Below the pieces are notes generated by a model that worked only from the letters and a program-made list of their open reading frames with translations, was not told the DNA's origin and did not search any database. From the NCBI GenBank assembly GCA_951406725.2, contig OX597829.1, positions 47,430,001-47,494,000 on the forward strand: DNA of 64,000 bases, given 5' to 3'. Each line of letters starts with the position of its first letter. Positions within the stretch are counted from its first letter, which is position 1. The translations under genes and the position numbers were made by a program. This stretch comes from Octopus vulgaris. Lineage: Eukaryota. Below, piece after piece: positions 13,325 through 27,438 of the stretch.

Positions 13325-13520
13325 TTACTCTTTTACTTGTTTCAGTCATTTGACTGCGGCCATGCTGGAGCACCGCCTTTGGTCGATCAAATCGACCCCG
13401 GGACTTATTCTTTTGTGAGCCCAGTACTTATCCTATTGGTCTCTTTTGCCGAACCGCTAAGTGACGGGGACGTAAACACACCAGCATCAGCTGTCAAGCA
13501 ATGCTAGGGGGACAAACACA

Positions 13521-13604
<84 letters not shown>

Positions 13605-13764
13605 AATAAATATATACGACAGGCTTCTTTCAGTTTCCGTCTATCAAATCCACTTACAAGGCATTGGTCGGCCCGGGGCTATAGTAGAAGAAACTTGCCC
13701 AAGGTGCCACGCAGTGGGACTGAACCCGGAACCATGTGGTTGGTTACCACACAGCCACTCCCGC
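13325..13764 (-). mobile_element. SINE family A
   Basis: Consensus match with an internal (CA)n. Confidence 0.9.
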
Positions 13765-14285
13765 ATTAATAAAATCTAAATAAACACATGGATGTATATA
13801 TCACACTTTCACCTACTTATTCTCGTAAGTACTGTCAAACACTTACTGCATTGTGCGGTGCCGTTTGAACCACTGGTCAATCTTGATCGAAGTTACTCGT
13901 GATCGAATGAATTCCAACCGAGACCATCACGTCATTTTATGTGCATTTACAACTGAAATTTCCAGTGTGTGGTTACTGATTTTAGAACAATAGGGTGTGG
14001 TTTGGTTACTATTTCTAACTGGCTGAGTAACACACAAAGGTGTGTGTGGAGGGGAGGATTGTCCACTTTGTATACAGTGTAGACTGTTATCTACGGCTAT
14101 ATTTGATGGCTCGATCTTAGAGAAAGAGTAGCCAAATATCCAAATGGCACCATGCCATTTTTAAGGTAGAACATCTCACCTTTGGCAATGAATGCTGTCT
14201 GAAACACATTGAGTAAAAAATTGGCTGTCATTGAAACGTCTTTTAGGCCAGCTGAATGTAAGCTGACTTGGGACTAAACAAGAAC

Positions 14286-15025
14286 TTACTACCCTGCGGT
14301 CGTAAGCGAAAGCCGGGTACTGTAATCACTCGTCTTTGTGTGTTTGCAAGATTACTGGAAAACGACTGACCGGATTTTCACTAAATTTGGCAGAAATATT
14401 CATTGGGTGAGTGGCTCAAAATGATTGAAAATTTGCTTTGATTATCTTCAAACATAAATAAATACGTAAATAGATATGCAACTGTGTGTGTGTGCGTGTG
14501 TGTGTGTTCAGTGATGGATTCGAGGGTTTCGTTTATTTACGAATTGATTTCTTAATTTTACCTGAGTATAAACACCTATAATGATGATACTTAAAAAAAG
14601 ATAATAAAATATCTGCATGCATTTTTTATTTTCCATTTGCATATAAACTATTTAAGCATACAATATTAATTTTATTTAATGCCGTTCGGGTTCATTATCT
14701 TTTACTGCTTAGCATATATTTATTAGGATCAAATTCCGCCGAGGTCGACTTTGCCTTTCACCCTTTCGAGGTCGATAAATAAAGTACCAGTTACGCACTG
14801 GGGTCGATGTAATCGACTTAATCCGTTTGTCTGTCCTTGTTAGTCCCCTCTATGTTTAGACCCTTGTGGGCAATAAAGAAACTATATATTTATTAGGACT
14901 TTTCTTCTATTCTTTTTCTTCTTTTCTCCACGTTATCGATTATTATTAAAGTGTAGGAGACCAGGACTGATATATCTCGGCACCTGTGTCGTCGCAGGTA
15001 TTGACGTCTGATTGCAAAGTGCTAG
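14286..15025 (+). mobile_element. Non-autonomous Helentron/HINE-like element
   Basis: TT start, subterminal inverted repeat TACC(C)TGCG/CGCAGGTA, motif GCAAGATTACTGGAAAACGACTGACCGGATTTTCACTAAATTTGG, 3' CTAG; interrupted by a SINE. Confidence 0.55.
14729..14884 (+). mobile_element. 5'-truncated SINE family B with ~15-bp TSD
   Basis: ATATATTTATTAGGA duplicated on both sides. Confidence 0.9.
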
Positions 15026-15642
15026 AACAGGTATTATTATTGCATGTTATCATATGCACAACCTAATCCTTTTTTTTTTTTTTTAATACCCTTATTTAGA
15101 AATTAAGCGAAAATAACGAACCATTTCAGTTGGGGGGAATAGAATATTCGCCTCTCATGCTGGCCGACCACACGCGCTAACCTTTTGCACAGCAATGTGG
15201 TGCGTTTTTGTATTGTTTGAATAAAGAAGTTCTTAGCTACAAATCTATTTTACACACACACACACAATACACATGCACACACAATACACATGCACACACA
15301 ATACACATGCACACACAATACACACACACACGCATACACTCACTCACAATGGATCCTAATATATGTAATGAATGTGTATGCAAGTGCGCGTTGGTATGTG
15401 TGCAAAACTTTAAACAAAGGTGGATGTATGTCCTCTTACGTGCTAAATAGTTTAAACGAATTATTAACATCTTAAAAAAAAGAGAGACAAAAGAGAGAAA
15501 GGGCTTTGAAAGAAGGAAAACAAAAACCAAAAAAAAAAAAACTAGAGCATGTATGTATAATCCTTCATAAGTGTACTTCAGAACCGATATTTTTTTTCTT
15601 TATCTTTATCTTTTCGTTTTTTCTGTTCAAGTGTGGACGTGC

Positions 15643-15676
<34 letters not shown>

Positions 15677-16360
15677 TTCATATTAGTATGACTAATATTG
15701 TGAAAATGTACCTCAGATAACTTAGCAAAGTATAAAAAAGAAAAAAAACATAAAACAAAATGTCACTTGTTTGCTAAGTGATTATATATATACATATATA
15801 TATATAATGTATGTATGTTTATCTATGTGTGTGTGTGTGTGTGTGTGTGCGTGTTTGTGTGTGTAATGCAACCCACTTCTTGAATCTCTCAACAAAATAC
15901 CATTAGCGATTAGAAGACAACAATAATACTAACAACAACAACACTATGAACAGATTATATTAGTCATGACAATAAAACACAAGAATAACACCATAAAAGA
16001 AAACAATAAAGATAAAAGAAAAAAAATGAAAGAAAATAACAGCAAAACTCTTTCTTTATATTAATTCTTCTTTGGTTAAATTTTACATGTTTACTTTTAA
16101 AAAATTTCTGTATCATCTCAACTTTGTTTTTATATTAAACAAATCTATTAAAGTTTGAAGAGCGAGACTGGAAAGATGAATGAAAAACAGTGACACGTCA
16201 AATCAGATGTTTTAAGACCTATAGCAGCGAAATTAGTTCAAATTCAGACGGGCGTTAAATTTTGAAGTTCTGCCACGTGGTTTACTAGAATATGACTTAA
16301 ATAATATGGAGGAAATTTAATCCACGATATATATTTATCTATCAAGTTCTTTCTCTCTCT

Positions 16361-16434
<74 letters not shown>

Positions 16435-16455
16435 GTATATGTAAAGATACAGAAA

Positions 16456-16700
16456 CTTTATTTATGTATTAAGGCTAACATAGGTTTCATGTTAAGAAAA
16501 TATCTTAAAAATTCTTCAAGCCAATCACATAGAGAAATTGGTCTTCGTCTCCATTTTGGATTAAAACACGAAAACACGTGTTTTTTGTATTTTAGTCCAT
16601 ATTGAAGATGAACACCAATTTCTGTATGTGATTGGTTTGAAGAATTGTTAAGGTATTTTCTTAACATGAAACCTATGTTAGCTTTAATACACAAATAAAG
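16456..16700. mobile_element. Fully palindromic ~245-bp foldback/MITE-like element
   Basis: CTTTATTTATGTATTAAGGCTAACATAGGTTTCATGTTAAGAAAAT.. is mirrored by ..ATTTTCTTAACATGAAACCTATGTTAGCTTTAATACACAAATAAAG; centre CACGTG at 16575-16580. Confidence 0.7.
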
Positions 16701-16835
16701 ATTATTTATCCACTAATGCGGTATTGACCACTCGTTCTCATTGTTCGATTTGTACGTGTATATTTATTGTGAATGCAAATATATATAGCTCCATTAAGGT
16801 AAGATAAAAGAAAAAAAAACATACTCCATCCAATG

Positions 16836-17131
16836 AGAGCTACTAAAGTTTTCTTGCTATGAAGTCATGTAGCTAGGCAAGATGTTTATAACGCGTTTTG
16901 TGGTCCAAGCAATCTGTAGGCTCTGAGCACATGTTCTTTTTACAAATAGAATAAACCATGTGCTCAGAGTTTTTATAAAGCACCTTACATCACCAAGCAA
17001 TCTTCTGGCTCGAAGCACCTGGTTTGTTCTGTTTGCAAATAGAACAAACATGCTCTCAGAGCCTAAAGTTTGCGTTATAAAAATTCTTGCCGAGCAACAT
17101 GACGTCATAGCAAGAAATTCTTAGTGGCTCT
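16836..17131. mobile_element. MITE with long TIRs and nested internal hairpins
   Basis: AGAGCTACTAAAGTTTTCTTGCTATGAAGTCATG../..CATGACGTCATAGCAAGAAATTCTTAGTGGCTCT; internal CTCTGAGCACATG..CATGTGCTCAGAG. Confidence 0.75.
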
Positions 17132-17164
17132 TATATTAATATAATGTACATTAAATTATAAATA

Positions 17165-17259
<95 letters not shown>

Positions 17260-17725
17260 TATAGAAGGATTTCCTGAGCGATCATTTTGCGCGAACGTAC
17301 ATACATTTTCAGTCAAGGTAATTTTCCTGGTGATAAAAGATCCTTTGGAAGATTTTGAAGAAAATTTTGATGAGATTTTGATCTTGGGGTAACCGAGATC
17401 AATTTTTTGTTTTGTGTGCAGTGACATCTGAGTAAAATCCTATATAATGTAAAATAGAATATGTACTAAATTATCTAACGTGTGTTCAACACAAAACTAA
17501 TCGATCAGTGCCTTGTGACAGTACTGCAGTTCCAGTATACAATCATACTTCATTGCTAATATTCTTGGGAAAATGGCGTCGTCAGATACATGAACATCCC
17601 GCTTGTAATTCTATTGTTATTTATGTGTCTCAGTAACTAGTGCGGATAAATAAACTTTGTTATTTGTTCGATCAAAATAAATAAGCTGCCTTGCTTTTAA
17701 GGGGCTGGGATCTGTCAATAATATC

Positions 17726-17957
17726 TATTTCTTTACTACCCACAAGAGGTTAACCACAGAGGGGACAAACAAGGACAGACAAAGGGATTAAGTCGATTAC
17801 ATCGACCCCAGTGCGTAACTGGTACTTAAATTTATCAACCCCGAAAGGATGAAAGGCAAAGTCGACCTTGGCGGAATTTGAACTCAGAACGTAACGGCAG
17901 ACGAATACGGCTACGCATTTCGCCCGGCGCGCTAACGTTTCTGCCAGCTCGCCGCCT
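17726..17957 (-). mobile_element. SINE family B
   Basis: Full copy; imperfect TSD TCTGTC(AA/GG)TAATATC. Confidence 0.9.
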
Positions 17958-20774
17958 CTCTGTCGGTAATATCGGCGCCCTAACTGCGGTACTTTGTCAT
18001 GCATGCTTTCGGGTTCGATAAAGTCGAGCTGTCTGAGATTTGAACGCGATGTAAAAAGCTGTAATTGAATCTCAGAATATATTTTGTTCAACGTCCTCAT
18101 GATTCTACCGATGCACCGTTCTTTTACATTTAAAGCTATGGCTGGGTGTATAGATAGATAAACAGATGGAAAATTTTCTTCGTGTGTGTGTGTGTGTATG
18201 TGCAGAAGAAACAATGATGTGTGAGTACGTTTGTACGCATATGCAAATTTTGCGTACGTGAGGAAAATTTTTTCAGATATCTGATAGCATTCGACCTTAG
18301 ATAAAATTTGTTGTGTGTATATATATATATATTATATATATATTATATATATATATACATACACATACATACATACATATATATATATATATTACCTTTT
18401 TTTACCTGGTCTCAGTATAAACTACCTGTTGAACGATTCAGGTGAAGAAGTTTTATAAATCTAAACCTCTCAGATCTCGAATTTGATTACTTTTTTTTTT
18501 TTTTTTTTTTTGACAGTTTGATTAATAACCATAACACGAACATTTTTTAAATTCTTGAAACTTTCTGTAAACATCATCGGAAATTATGAGCTTAGAAATC
18601 AAAACATCATTTATTATGCTCTATGATAATTCAATCGATGATTTTAGCTTTTCGTATAACTGTACTATCTATCTCCATTTTTGCTTACTGTCTGTTTCTT
18701 CGTTCTGTATCTTTATCTATCTATATAGCTAGCTATCTCTATCTTTACTTCTATTTCTTGTAGACTACGACAATGGTCTATCTTTTACTCTTCAAACTTG
18801 AAACTCCATTATCTTTTGATCAACAGACATCGATCAAAAATCACATATTGTATTTAACGTTAATTTTTAGATTATGTGTACATTTGCACGTACGTGCATC
18901 TCTGTGGTGGATATGGAAAACTTCTGTTACGAAGAAATAAATATATTTCATCATCGATGCCAGTTCCTGGTGAGCAGAGTCTATCACCAGCCATCGTTTC
19001 CCCGAGAAAGCTATTTAATTTTTTTGATCCCTACCATTCAAGTAAAAGGCATGAACATCTCATAATCAAATTTCTTCTGTCAATGATTGGACTTGAGAGA
19101 GTGTAAGAAATTAGCTCTTTCTGTCTCTACCTGTCTCTCGCAAACATTCACTTATATTTATAGACGAGAGATGTCATTTAACCAACAAACAACCAAGTGT
19201 GTATGTAATTGCAAATATAAGTGCGGAAGCAGGTAAGAGCAGTAGTAGTAGTAGGGCAAATTATGTTTTATCTTTTTTGTGTAAGCACTCGACAACATCT
19301 GTAATGACACTGTATTCTGTGTCAAAGTTCACTAAAGTGTGGGGTCGGTGGGCTGACGACTGAAGCTAAAAAAAGTACGAACTGCTCCCAATTTGATTTC
19401 CTTCATGGAGGTTCTTTAGGGTCACATATTTTTGATTATTATAGGGTTGTAATTGGGTACTATGTATGAACGATAAACAACAAGAATGAAGAGAGGGTGG
19501 TGAATATGTACGTGAGTGGGAGTGAGAATGGGGAGGATAAATAGTAGGGAAGTGGTATGAAAGGCGAGCTTGTAATGTAAGAGTGGAAGTAAAATAGAAA
19601 AAATAACGGGAAAGGAAGGTGGGAATGATAAGATGGAAAGAATGAGAAAGTAACAAAAGGAAGAATGAAATATCAGTGAAGGTCGGAGATAATGATTATG
19701 AAAGCTGGAAGAGCAATGCGAAAGGAAATGTGTGCTGAACGAAGAAGACCATGAATGAGAAGTGGTGGGGGGGGGGAATAGATCCCTTAATAACGAAACG
19801 CAAGAAAGCACTAAGCGGTTGCTTGTGTCTGCGCTAGAAGGGTCTCGTCTATAAACCAGAAGATTTTACTTACAAAGGCGATTCATTTGGCCTGCAGATG
19901 CGCCGCAAATTTTTTGAGTAGTGTGAAAATATTAGGATATTTACAAAACTTTAGTGTTTTTAATGCACTGTACCAGTTGTACGTGTGTGTAGTCCTTTGT
20001 AGTAAAGTGCATTCGATGCACCATTCCGTTTTAAAAGCCATCTTAATTTGCGCTCCGATATAAAACTTCCGAAAATTTAATAGTGTATCTTAATGTTCGT
20101 TCTTTGTTTGGCGAAATGATATGTTAGGCATAGAAAATGTTGGAAATTGTTTGTTACATTTCTTTTTAAAATTGTGAAAAATCTGACGTTGATGGCTCTT
20201 TCCATATGTCCTTAACGATAATGACTGCATGTAAATTTTCAGGATTTCAATTACATTTGCATTTGGAGTGATTTAACGTATTAAAGTTTATAATAAATGA
20301 AGTGTTTGCTATTAAAGGAAAAATGGATATACTTTATGTATTTTGACGCAACTAATTCAGATGTGACAGACTCAAAGAAAAAAAAAAGATACTAGCCGAA
20401 GCACTAGTTTTTCAAACCACTGACGATGCTTTCAAGGACATCATTGCTCCTAAACTCTAAGCCGCAGACAGCGGAGGCTTTGTACCATTACTCCGTAGAA
20501 ATTTGCAGTGCGGGATATATTGCGTTCTTATGATTATACTTGATTAGAAGAAAAGTTCTAACCACTTTGACTGTCATCATATTCTGTTATTATTTCAAAT
20601 TCGCTAAATAACTAGTTCAGCGAAGCCCTACTTTTCTGCTTCTTTTTAAGAAGTTCCCAGTTTCAAACTCCCAGGAAATATTCTGTATATTTGTGCACCT
20701 CTGAAAGTTATAAAACTACTTGCAAACAGGATCAAACGCATTCCAGCCACCAAAATTTACTTTATTAGATGTAA

Positions 20775-20807
<33 letters not shown>

Positions 20808-20944
20808 CACGTTAGTATTTGTGCTCTTCCTTTCAAAACAGTATCTCGTGATTTGGGATTTAGCTGCCATGACAAGAACTCCTTCGTTTGCTTGTGTTTC
20901 CGAGGTCATCAGTCAGTTAAATCAACGGCATTATTTACCGAATT

Positions 20945-21110
20945 TGTTCGTCTGTCTTTACGTTCTGATTTCAAATTCCGCCGAGGTCGACTTTGCTTTT
21001 CATCCTTTCGAGGTCGATGAATTAAGTACCAGTTGAATACTTGGGTCGATGTAATCAACTTAGCCCCTTCCCCGAAATTTCAGGCATTGTGCCTATATTA
21101 GAAAGGATTA
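20945..21110 (+). mobile_element. SINE family B, older subfamily (alternative tail)
   Basis: Core CAAATTCCGCCGAGGTCGACTTTGC..; tail GGCATTGTGCCTATATTAGAAAGG. Confidence 0.8.
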
Positions 21111-21444
21111 TTTACCTAATTTTTAGCAGAATTTGAAATCAGAACGTAAAGATAATGAAGGTGGTCACGAAAACCATTCGGAAATTCATTCATTAATTGC
21201 TATAAATCACTTGCAAAGGCCAACCATCGGTAGTAAGGTTCGATTACTTCTGGGCCTTCTAAGACTTTACATATAAAGAAGAATTCGTGAGCGAGAAAGA
21301 TAACATAAAAGTACAAATCGTATACAAAAACTTAGAGATAAATTTTCTCTCTTTTCATTTATACCATTATTTATTTCTTGCTTTTTCCTCCTTTATTTTT
21401 ATAACAGTATCTGGTAAGGTAGACCCCTCCACTTTATTTATATA

Positions 21445-21619
21445 CTGTATTTTAACGTGTATAAGGAACCCTTTTTTTTTTTTGTCAAAACTTAGGTTTA
21501 AAAATATGGGAGTTTCTTATCCATGGATGATATCATAATCCCTTACAAAACCTTTTTCCAAATTTTAAGCCCAAAAGATTAGGGGGTTTCTTATACACGT
21601 TACACACGTTGAAATACGG
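21445..21619. mobile_element. Tc1/mariner-pogo-type MITE
   Basis: TIRs CTGTATTTTAACGTGT / ACACGTTGAAATACGG, flanked by TA on both sides. Confidence 0.65.
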
Positions 21620-22282
21620 TAGTTATTTATTAACAAACATGGACACCAACCGCAATGGACACTAACAAAGAAAGTTCAGAGTCAAAATTATCATTAGATT
21701 TTTCTTTTTACAATAGTATCTAATAAGCTAGACCCTTCCACCTTTTTTAATTATTTTTTTTGTAATTATTTCTGGACAACCAACCGCAAATGTACATTGA
21801 GAAAGTACAAAGAGACGAAATTATTATGTTGTTGTTATTATTATTATTTTTGGGTTTTTTTCAAGAAAATACTTGTGTGGACATTGTTTTCTGTTTCATC
21901 CTTAAATACCAGGCATACGTATCTTCATTAGATCATTTCAGAACTTGAAAGGAATCTGTTACACTGACATTCCAACAATATAATACAAACTCGATCAACA
22001 ACATCCTGTTATTATAAACACTATCCCCCCCGTTTTATCTATTTGACGCTTTTCGTTTTCTGTTTTATTCTTTTTTTTCATTTCTGAAATTAAAGCTACC
22101 TTAAATCCCTGCTTAGTATTCGAGGAATTCTCGTAAATATTTCAGTTTATTTGATACGACTGATATAATATATTATATGTAGTTAAAAAAATCACACTTT
22201 TGTTGCTCGGTATAGTGTTTCCGTTTCTTCAAGGCAATAAAAGACGGGACAGCGGAACAAGAAATGATAGTGCCATATGAGA

Positions 22283-22660
22283 TGATAGATAGATATAGAG
22301 ATAGACAGATATAGAGATAGACAGATATAGAGATAGACAGATATAGAGACAGATAGATAATAGAGATAGACAGATAGATATAGAGATAGACAGATAGATA
22401 TAGAGATAGACAGATAGATATAGAGATAGATATAGAGATAGACAGATAGATATAGAGATAGACAGATAGATATAGAGATAGACAGATAGATATAGAGACA
22501 CACAGATAGATATAGAGACAGACAGATAGATATAGAGACAGACAGATAGATATAGAGACAGACAGATAGATATAGAGATAGATAGATAGATAGATAGATA
22601 TAGAGATAGACTTAGATATAGAGATAGACAGACAGATAGATAGAAATATAGATATAGAGA
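22283..22660. repeat. GATA/GACA-derived compound micro/minisatellite (~22-bp unit)
   Basis: Repeats of GATAGACAGATAGATATAGAGA-like units. Confidence 0.95.
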
Positions 22661-23624
22661 TATGGGAGAGAGGCTGTTTATAACTATATATGTATATTTT
22701 GTACGTAATATTATAGAATTAAACGTTCAATAAAGACAGATTAAATGGATGCTTATGCAGTCTCTCTCTCTTTCTCGCTCTTTTTCCACAATCACATAAA
22801 CAGAATGTGAACAAAAATATAAACAAACACACAAACTGTGCATGACAATACGAATAAAGACAATTACGGTGAACGTGCTTTGCTGTATGTTTCCAGGCTC
22901 TTTACGTTCTGTGTTCAAATTCCGCCTCAGTCATTTTCGCTTTTTAAGGTCGGAAAATAAAGTACTAGTCAAGTACTGGAGATCGATGGCACCGACTAAA
23001 ACTACACCGGCTAAACTTACTCTCGCTATTAAGGCCTTATACTTAAATCAGAAACAATAAGGATTTGCATTGGGACTCCCTTCATCGAAAACCGGTGATT
23101 GTCGTACGCCGACGACAGGTCAATACCTAGAAACTGCAGTCCGTGCGTATCACTTAGGTTGACGAGGGACGGATGACCTCCCTTTGCAAATACCATAAGG
23201 GCACAGAAAGTGTGCCTAAAGTCAGCTGGAGACGATGTTCTCCTGGGGCTACAAGCTACAGTAACACACCCACCCTTAGTGGTTAGCCATATTGAGATGG
23301 CAAGTATACCTCACAAATAATATACAGCTAATAACAAATGCTAAAATATTACTCGAGCAATGAAATGCACAGCATACATTGGCAATTAGCGAGCTAAGAA
23401 TAATTGTTTGTCTGACTCGAACAGAAAACCAAGATGCTGAAGGAAGATATGGAAGCGAAATGATCCTGTTATCTTGAGTAACTTCCAAGAAACATTCCGG
23501 AATACTCATGATAAGGGAGAAAAGATAAGTAACAAAAGGGACAACTGGACATGTTGCGAAACAGCTTACTCTGAGCTACAGAATCTCATAGTGATTCAAT
23601 GTAATGAATCAATTAACTAAAATA

Positions 23625-24031
23625 TTATTTTCTACTCTAGGCACAAGGCCCGAAATTTTGGGGGAGTGGGACCAGTCGATTAGATCGACCCCAGTGCGAA
23701 ACTGGTACTTAATTTTAACGACTCCGAAAGGATGAAAGGCAAAGTGGACCTCGGCGGAATTTGAACTCAGAACGTAACGGCAGACGAAATACCTATTTCT
23801 TTACTACCCACAAGGGGCTAAACTCAGAGAGGACAAACAAGGACAGATAAAACGGATTAAGTTGATTACATCGACCCCAGTGCGTAACTCGTACTTTATT
23901 TATCGACCCCGAAAGGATGAAAGGCAAAGTCGACCTCGGCGGAATTTGAACTCAGAACGTAGCGGCAGACGAAATACGGCTACGCATTTCGCCCGGCGTG
24001 CTAACGTTTCTGCCAGTTCGCCGCCGCCGCC
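23625..24031 (-). mobile_element. SINE family B dimer
   Basis: Young copy 24031-23793 joined at GAAATAC|CTATTTC to an older-tail copy. Confidence 0.9.
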
Positions 24032-24675
24032 TTATGCGCACTAAAATAATAGAAACGATGTAACTTTACCCAGAAGCCTTCTTCAGTTTAGTAAAAAGTT
24101 GAGCTTTCGCAAAAAACTTTCGGCTTTCATTTTACTACATAGAATTCCCGACATTCGCCTTATTTTGCTCATTCAAGCTAGCTTTCGCATTTATAAAAGC
24201 GAATGAAAAATATATATCCACGTTTGTTTTGTTACTTTTTCTAAGCTATTTTAATATTTTATTTTATTATTCCCCCCCCCCCCACACACACACACCTTTA
24301 ACGGAACCCGTGAGGTACGTGAGCACGTGTGTTGTAGATGTTTGCTAATACAGATAACCTTTTAACCTGCAAATCTGAAGTATGCTCAGTGAGTTTACCG
24401 ATCACTATGCAGCAGTGTTGTATCTATTATCGTAAATAGTAGTATTCTTTTGTGAATGTGCATTCTATGTCACTTTCTGTACATAATAATCATGCCAACC
24501 ACAGTTTTCTAATGAAGTTCTGCTTTATAAGAGAGAGAGAGAGAGAAAGAAAAAAATCTCCGAGTTACACAAGACTGACTTTATATGAATTAACTCTTCA
24601 ATAACAAAATGCTTTATTGATGAACTGATTAAAATAAACAACGTGGAGAGATTAAAGTACTGCAACTACTATTTG

Positions 24676-24975
24676 TATGTGTGCGCGCGCGTGTGTGTGT
24701 GTGTGTGTGTGTGTGTATGTATGAATATGTATTATGAGTGTATGGATGTGTGTATGTTTGTGTTTGTGTATGTTTGTGTGTGTGTATGTGTGTGTGTGTT
24801 TGTGTGTATGCATGTATGTGTGTATGTGTGTGTGTGTATGTGTGTGTGTATGTGTGTGTGTGTGTATATATGTACATGTATGTATGTACGTGTATGTATG
24901 TACGTGTATGTATGTGTATGTATATGTATGTGTGTATGTATATATATATATGTATATATATGTATGTATACATAC
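24676..24975. repeat. (TG)n/(TATG)n microsatellite
   Basis: Direct reading. Confidence 0.95.
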
Positions 24976-24976
24976 A

Positions 24977-25517
24977 TGTCCTCTCCCGGACATGCTCTCA
25001 GCCCTGACGGACAAGCCCTCAGCAATAGGATCAGCGCGGCACTTACTATCTCCGCCGACGATACAAAAGTATTGCAGGCGGTCAAGGGTTCTAAAAGTGA
25101 TATCCTAAGAATGCAGAATGACCTGAAGGCAATAAATAAGTGAGCAGATGAGAATAATATGCTGCCAGCCCACAAACTACAACTGAAGTACACTTGACCA
25201 GCTGACAATGTACTCCCAGAGTTAGTTGGTGCGCGACCTTGGAATTCACATGAGCAACGATGCAGCATTCCATGTGCACATTGCTTAGATGACAACATTA
25301 TGCATGCGGGTAGCAGGTTGGATCTTTAGACTCTTCAGGACCAGAAACAGAGAGGCAATACTTCTGCTTTGGAGAACCTTTGTCTTCAGTTGTCTGGACT
25401 ACTACTCCCAGCTGTGGCCTCCACAGAGCATAAAACTAATTGTGGAATTAGAGGCGATCATACACCACTATACAAAGAAGATAGATTCAGTAAAACACAT
25501 GGATTACTGGGAGAGGT
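24977..25517 (+). mobile_element. Decayed CR1/L2-group LINE reverse-transcriptase fragment
   Basis: SADDTKV..MQNDLKAINK*ADENNM (FADDTK motif) and GWIFRLFRTRNREAILLLWRTFVFSCLDYYSQLWPP..LEAI..DYWER; contains stops and frameshifts. Confidence 0.85.
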
Positions 25518-25924
25518 ATATATATATATACTTTATACTTTATAATTAGAGTTCCGCAAAGATTTGCTTTACCACATACCGAAGTTTAGAAATAGCAGTC
25601 AAAAAATCTTAGCTATTCCTTCTACTTTAAAAGGGACGGCAAACGCGCTTCTTAACCACACAACTCTCTGATCTATCGTATATCTAGGTAGCAATTGTTG
25701 GCACGAGAGAAGAGGTTTGCCGAAGATTCGTATGTTTTTAATTATTGTTAGAATCAGGTAAGCTTCTGCGAGGATAGACTTTTGATCAAAGCATTGTTGT
25801 TGTGATCAAAGTTGTTTTTAAGGTTTTACTATCAGAGATATAACTATTTAATGTCGTTTGTGTATGATATCAGAAATATTTCGCTGTTATTACTAGCATG
25901 CCTCCCTCATTAGTATGTTTTAAT

Positions 25925-26135
25925 TACTCTCTTTACTCTTTTACTTGTTTCAGTCATTTGACTGCGGCCATGCTGGAGCACCGCCTTTAGTCGAGCAAAT
26001 CGACCCCGGAACTTATTCTTTTGTAAGCTCAGTACTTATTCTATCAGTCTCTTTTGCTGAACCGCTAAGTGACGGGGACGTAAACACACCAGCATCGGTT
26101 GTCAAGCAATGCTAGGGGGACAAACACACACATAC

Positions 26136-26178
<43 letters not shown>

Positions 26179-26343
26179 TACGACAGGCTTCTTTCAGTTT
26201 CCGTCTACCAAATCCACTCACAAGGCATTGGTCGGCCCGGGGCTATAGCAGAAGACACTCGCCCAAGGTGCCACACAGTGGGACTGAACCCAGAACCATG
26301 TGGTTGGTTAGCAAGCTACTTACAACACAGCCACTCCTACGCC
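25925..26343 (-). mobile_element. SINE family A
   Basis: Consensus match. Confidence 0.92.
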
Positions 26344-27402
26344 TTTTATATTTAAAAAAAAAAAAAAAAAAAAAAAAGCCAAGCTGTTTCAAACGTAGAG
26401 TCAAACGAACTGAACAGTTTTGAATGATGAAAATATATTCATATAAATATAGGCAATCGGATATACATAAAAAAAGAATAAAGCAATCTAAAAAAAAGTA
26501 AACCTGCAAATCTATCGATCATCAACCTCTACCTGACATTTATCAGTAAATTATACCAGTAAAAATATCGATATTACCGCAGAATAAAAACATCAAAAAA
26601 AAAAAAAAAAATTCAACACTAGTGTTTTTTTGTTTATTTTTAACTTTTAAATGTTTCCCTCAAATTAACATCAATTCTTGAAATTTATTTCTCTCACCCC
26701 TACCATATCCCTTCGCTTGTACTCTATAAGCAATATTTTCGAAAATTTGAGAAACGGCTTGCTAGAAACGTCGATCTTAAAATATATTAATTTTTCAATT
26801 TTTAAGTAATTTTTAAAGTTCTGAATTTAAAACACGTGATAATCGATATTTTCCCGATCAATAGGATAAATATCAGTACAGAATATAATGTTGTTTATTC
26901 CAATCCAACCTTGATGTAGCTGAACTCTGTCCAAACTCATTCCAGCTGTCACCGTCCCATTGAAGGTTTTTTTTTCTTCTTTTTCTGATTATTTTGTGTC
27001 TGACTACATTATTATTCAATGCGTCCATTTTTTTTGTGTGTGTGTATTTGTTTTACGGTGAGAGATTTCGTTGCTATTTCTAGAAGGTTCAATGATACTA
27101 AAACACCCCTCTTTTTTTTTAAAGCTCTCGTATAGAGCATTACAATCGATTGATCTCTTTTTATATCTAGTACAAAATAACAACAAAAAAGTATGGGGGG
27201 TGGGCTGTGTTAATTGAATCAACATAATCTTTTTGTTTGTTTTTGAAAATTTTCCTTTTGACTACCGAAACGTTTGTTAGAAAGGGAGCAAAAGAGAACG
27301 CGAGCAAACATTAGATAACGTAGTCTTGAACGGGCAAAGAAGCTGTTATTTGGATATTTTCGATCAAAGTTCGCTTCCATCAAAAGCTGCATATTGCTGT
27401 GG

Positions 27403-27438
<36 letters not shown>

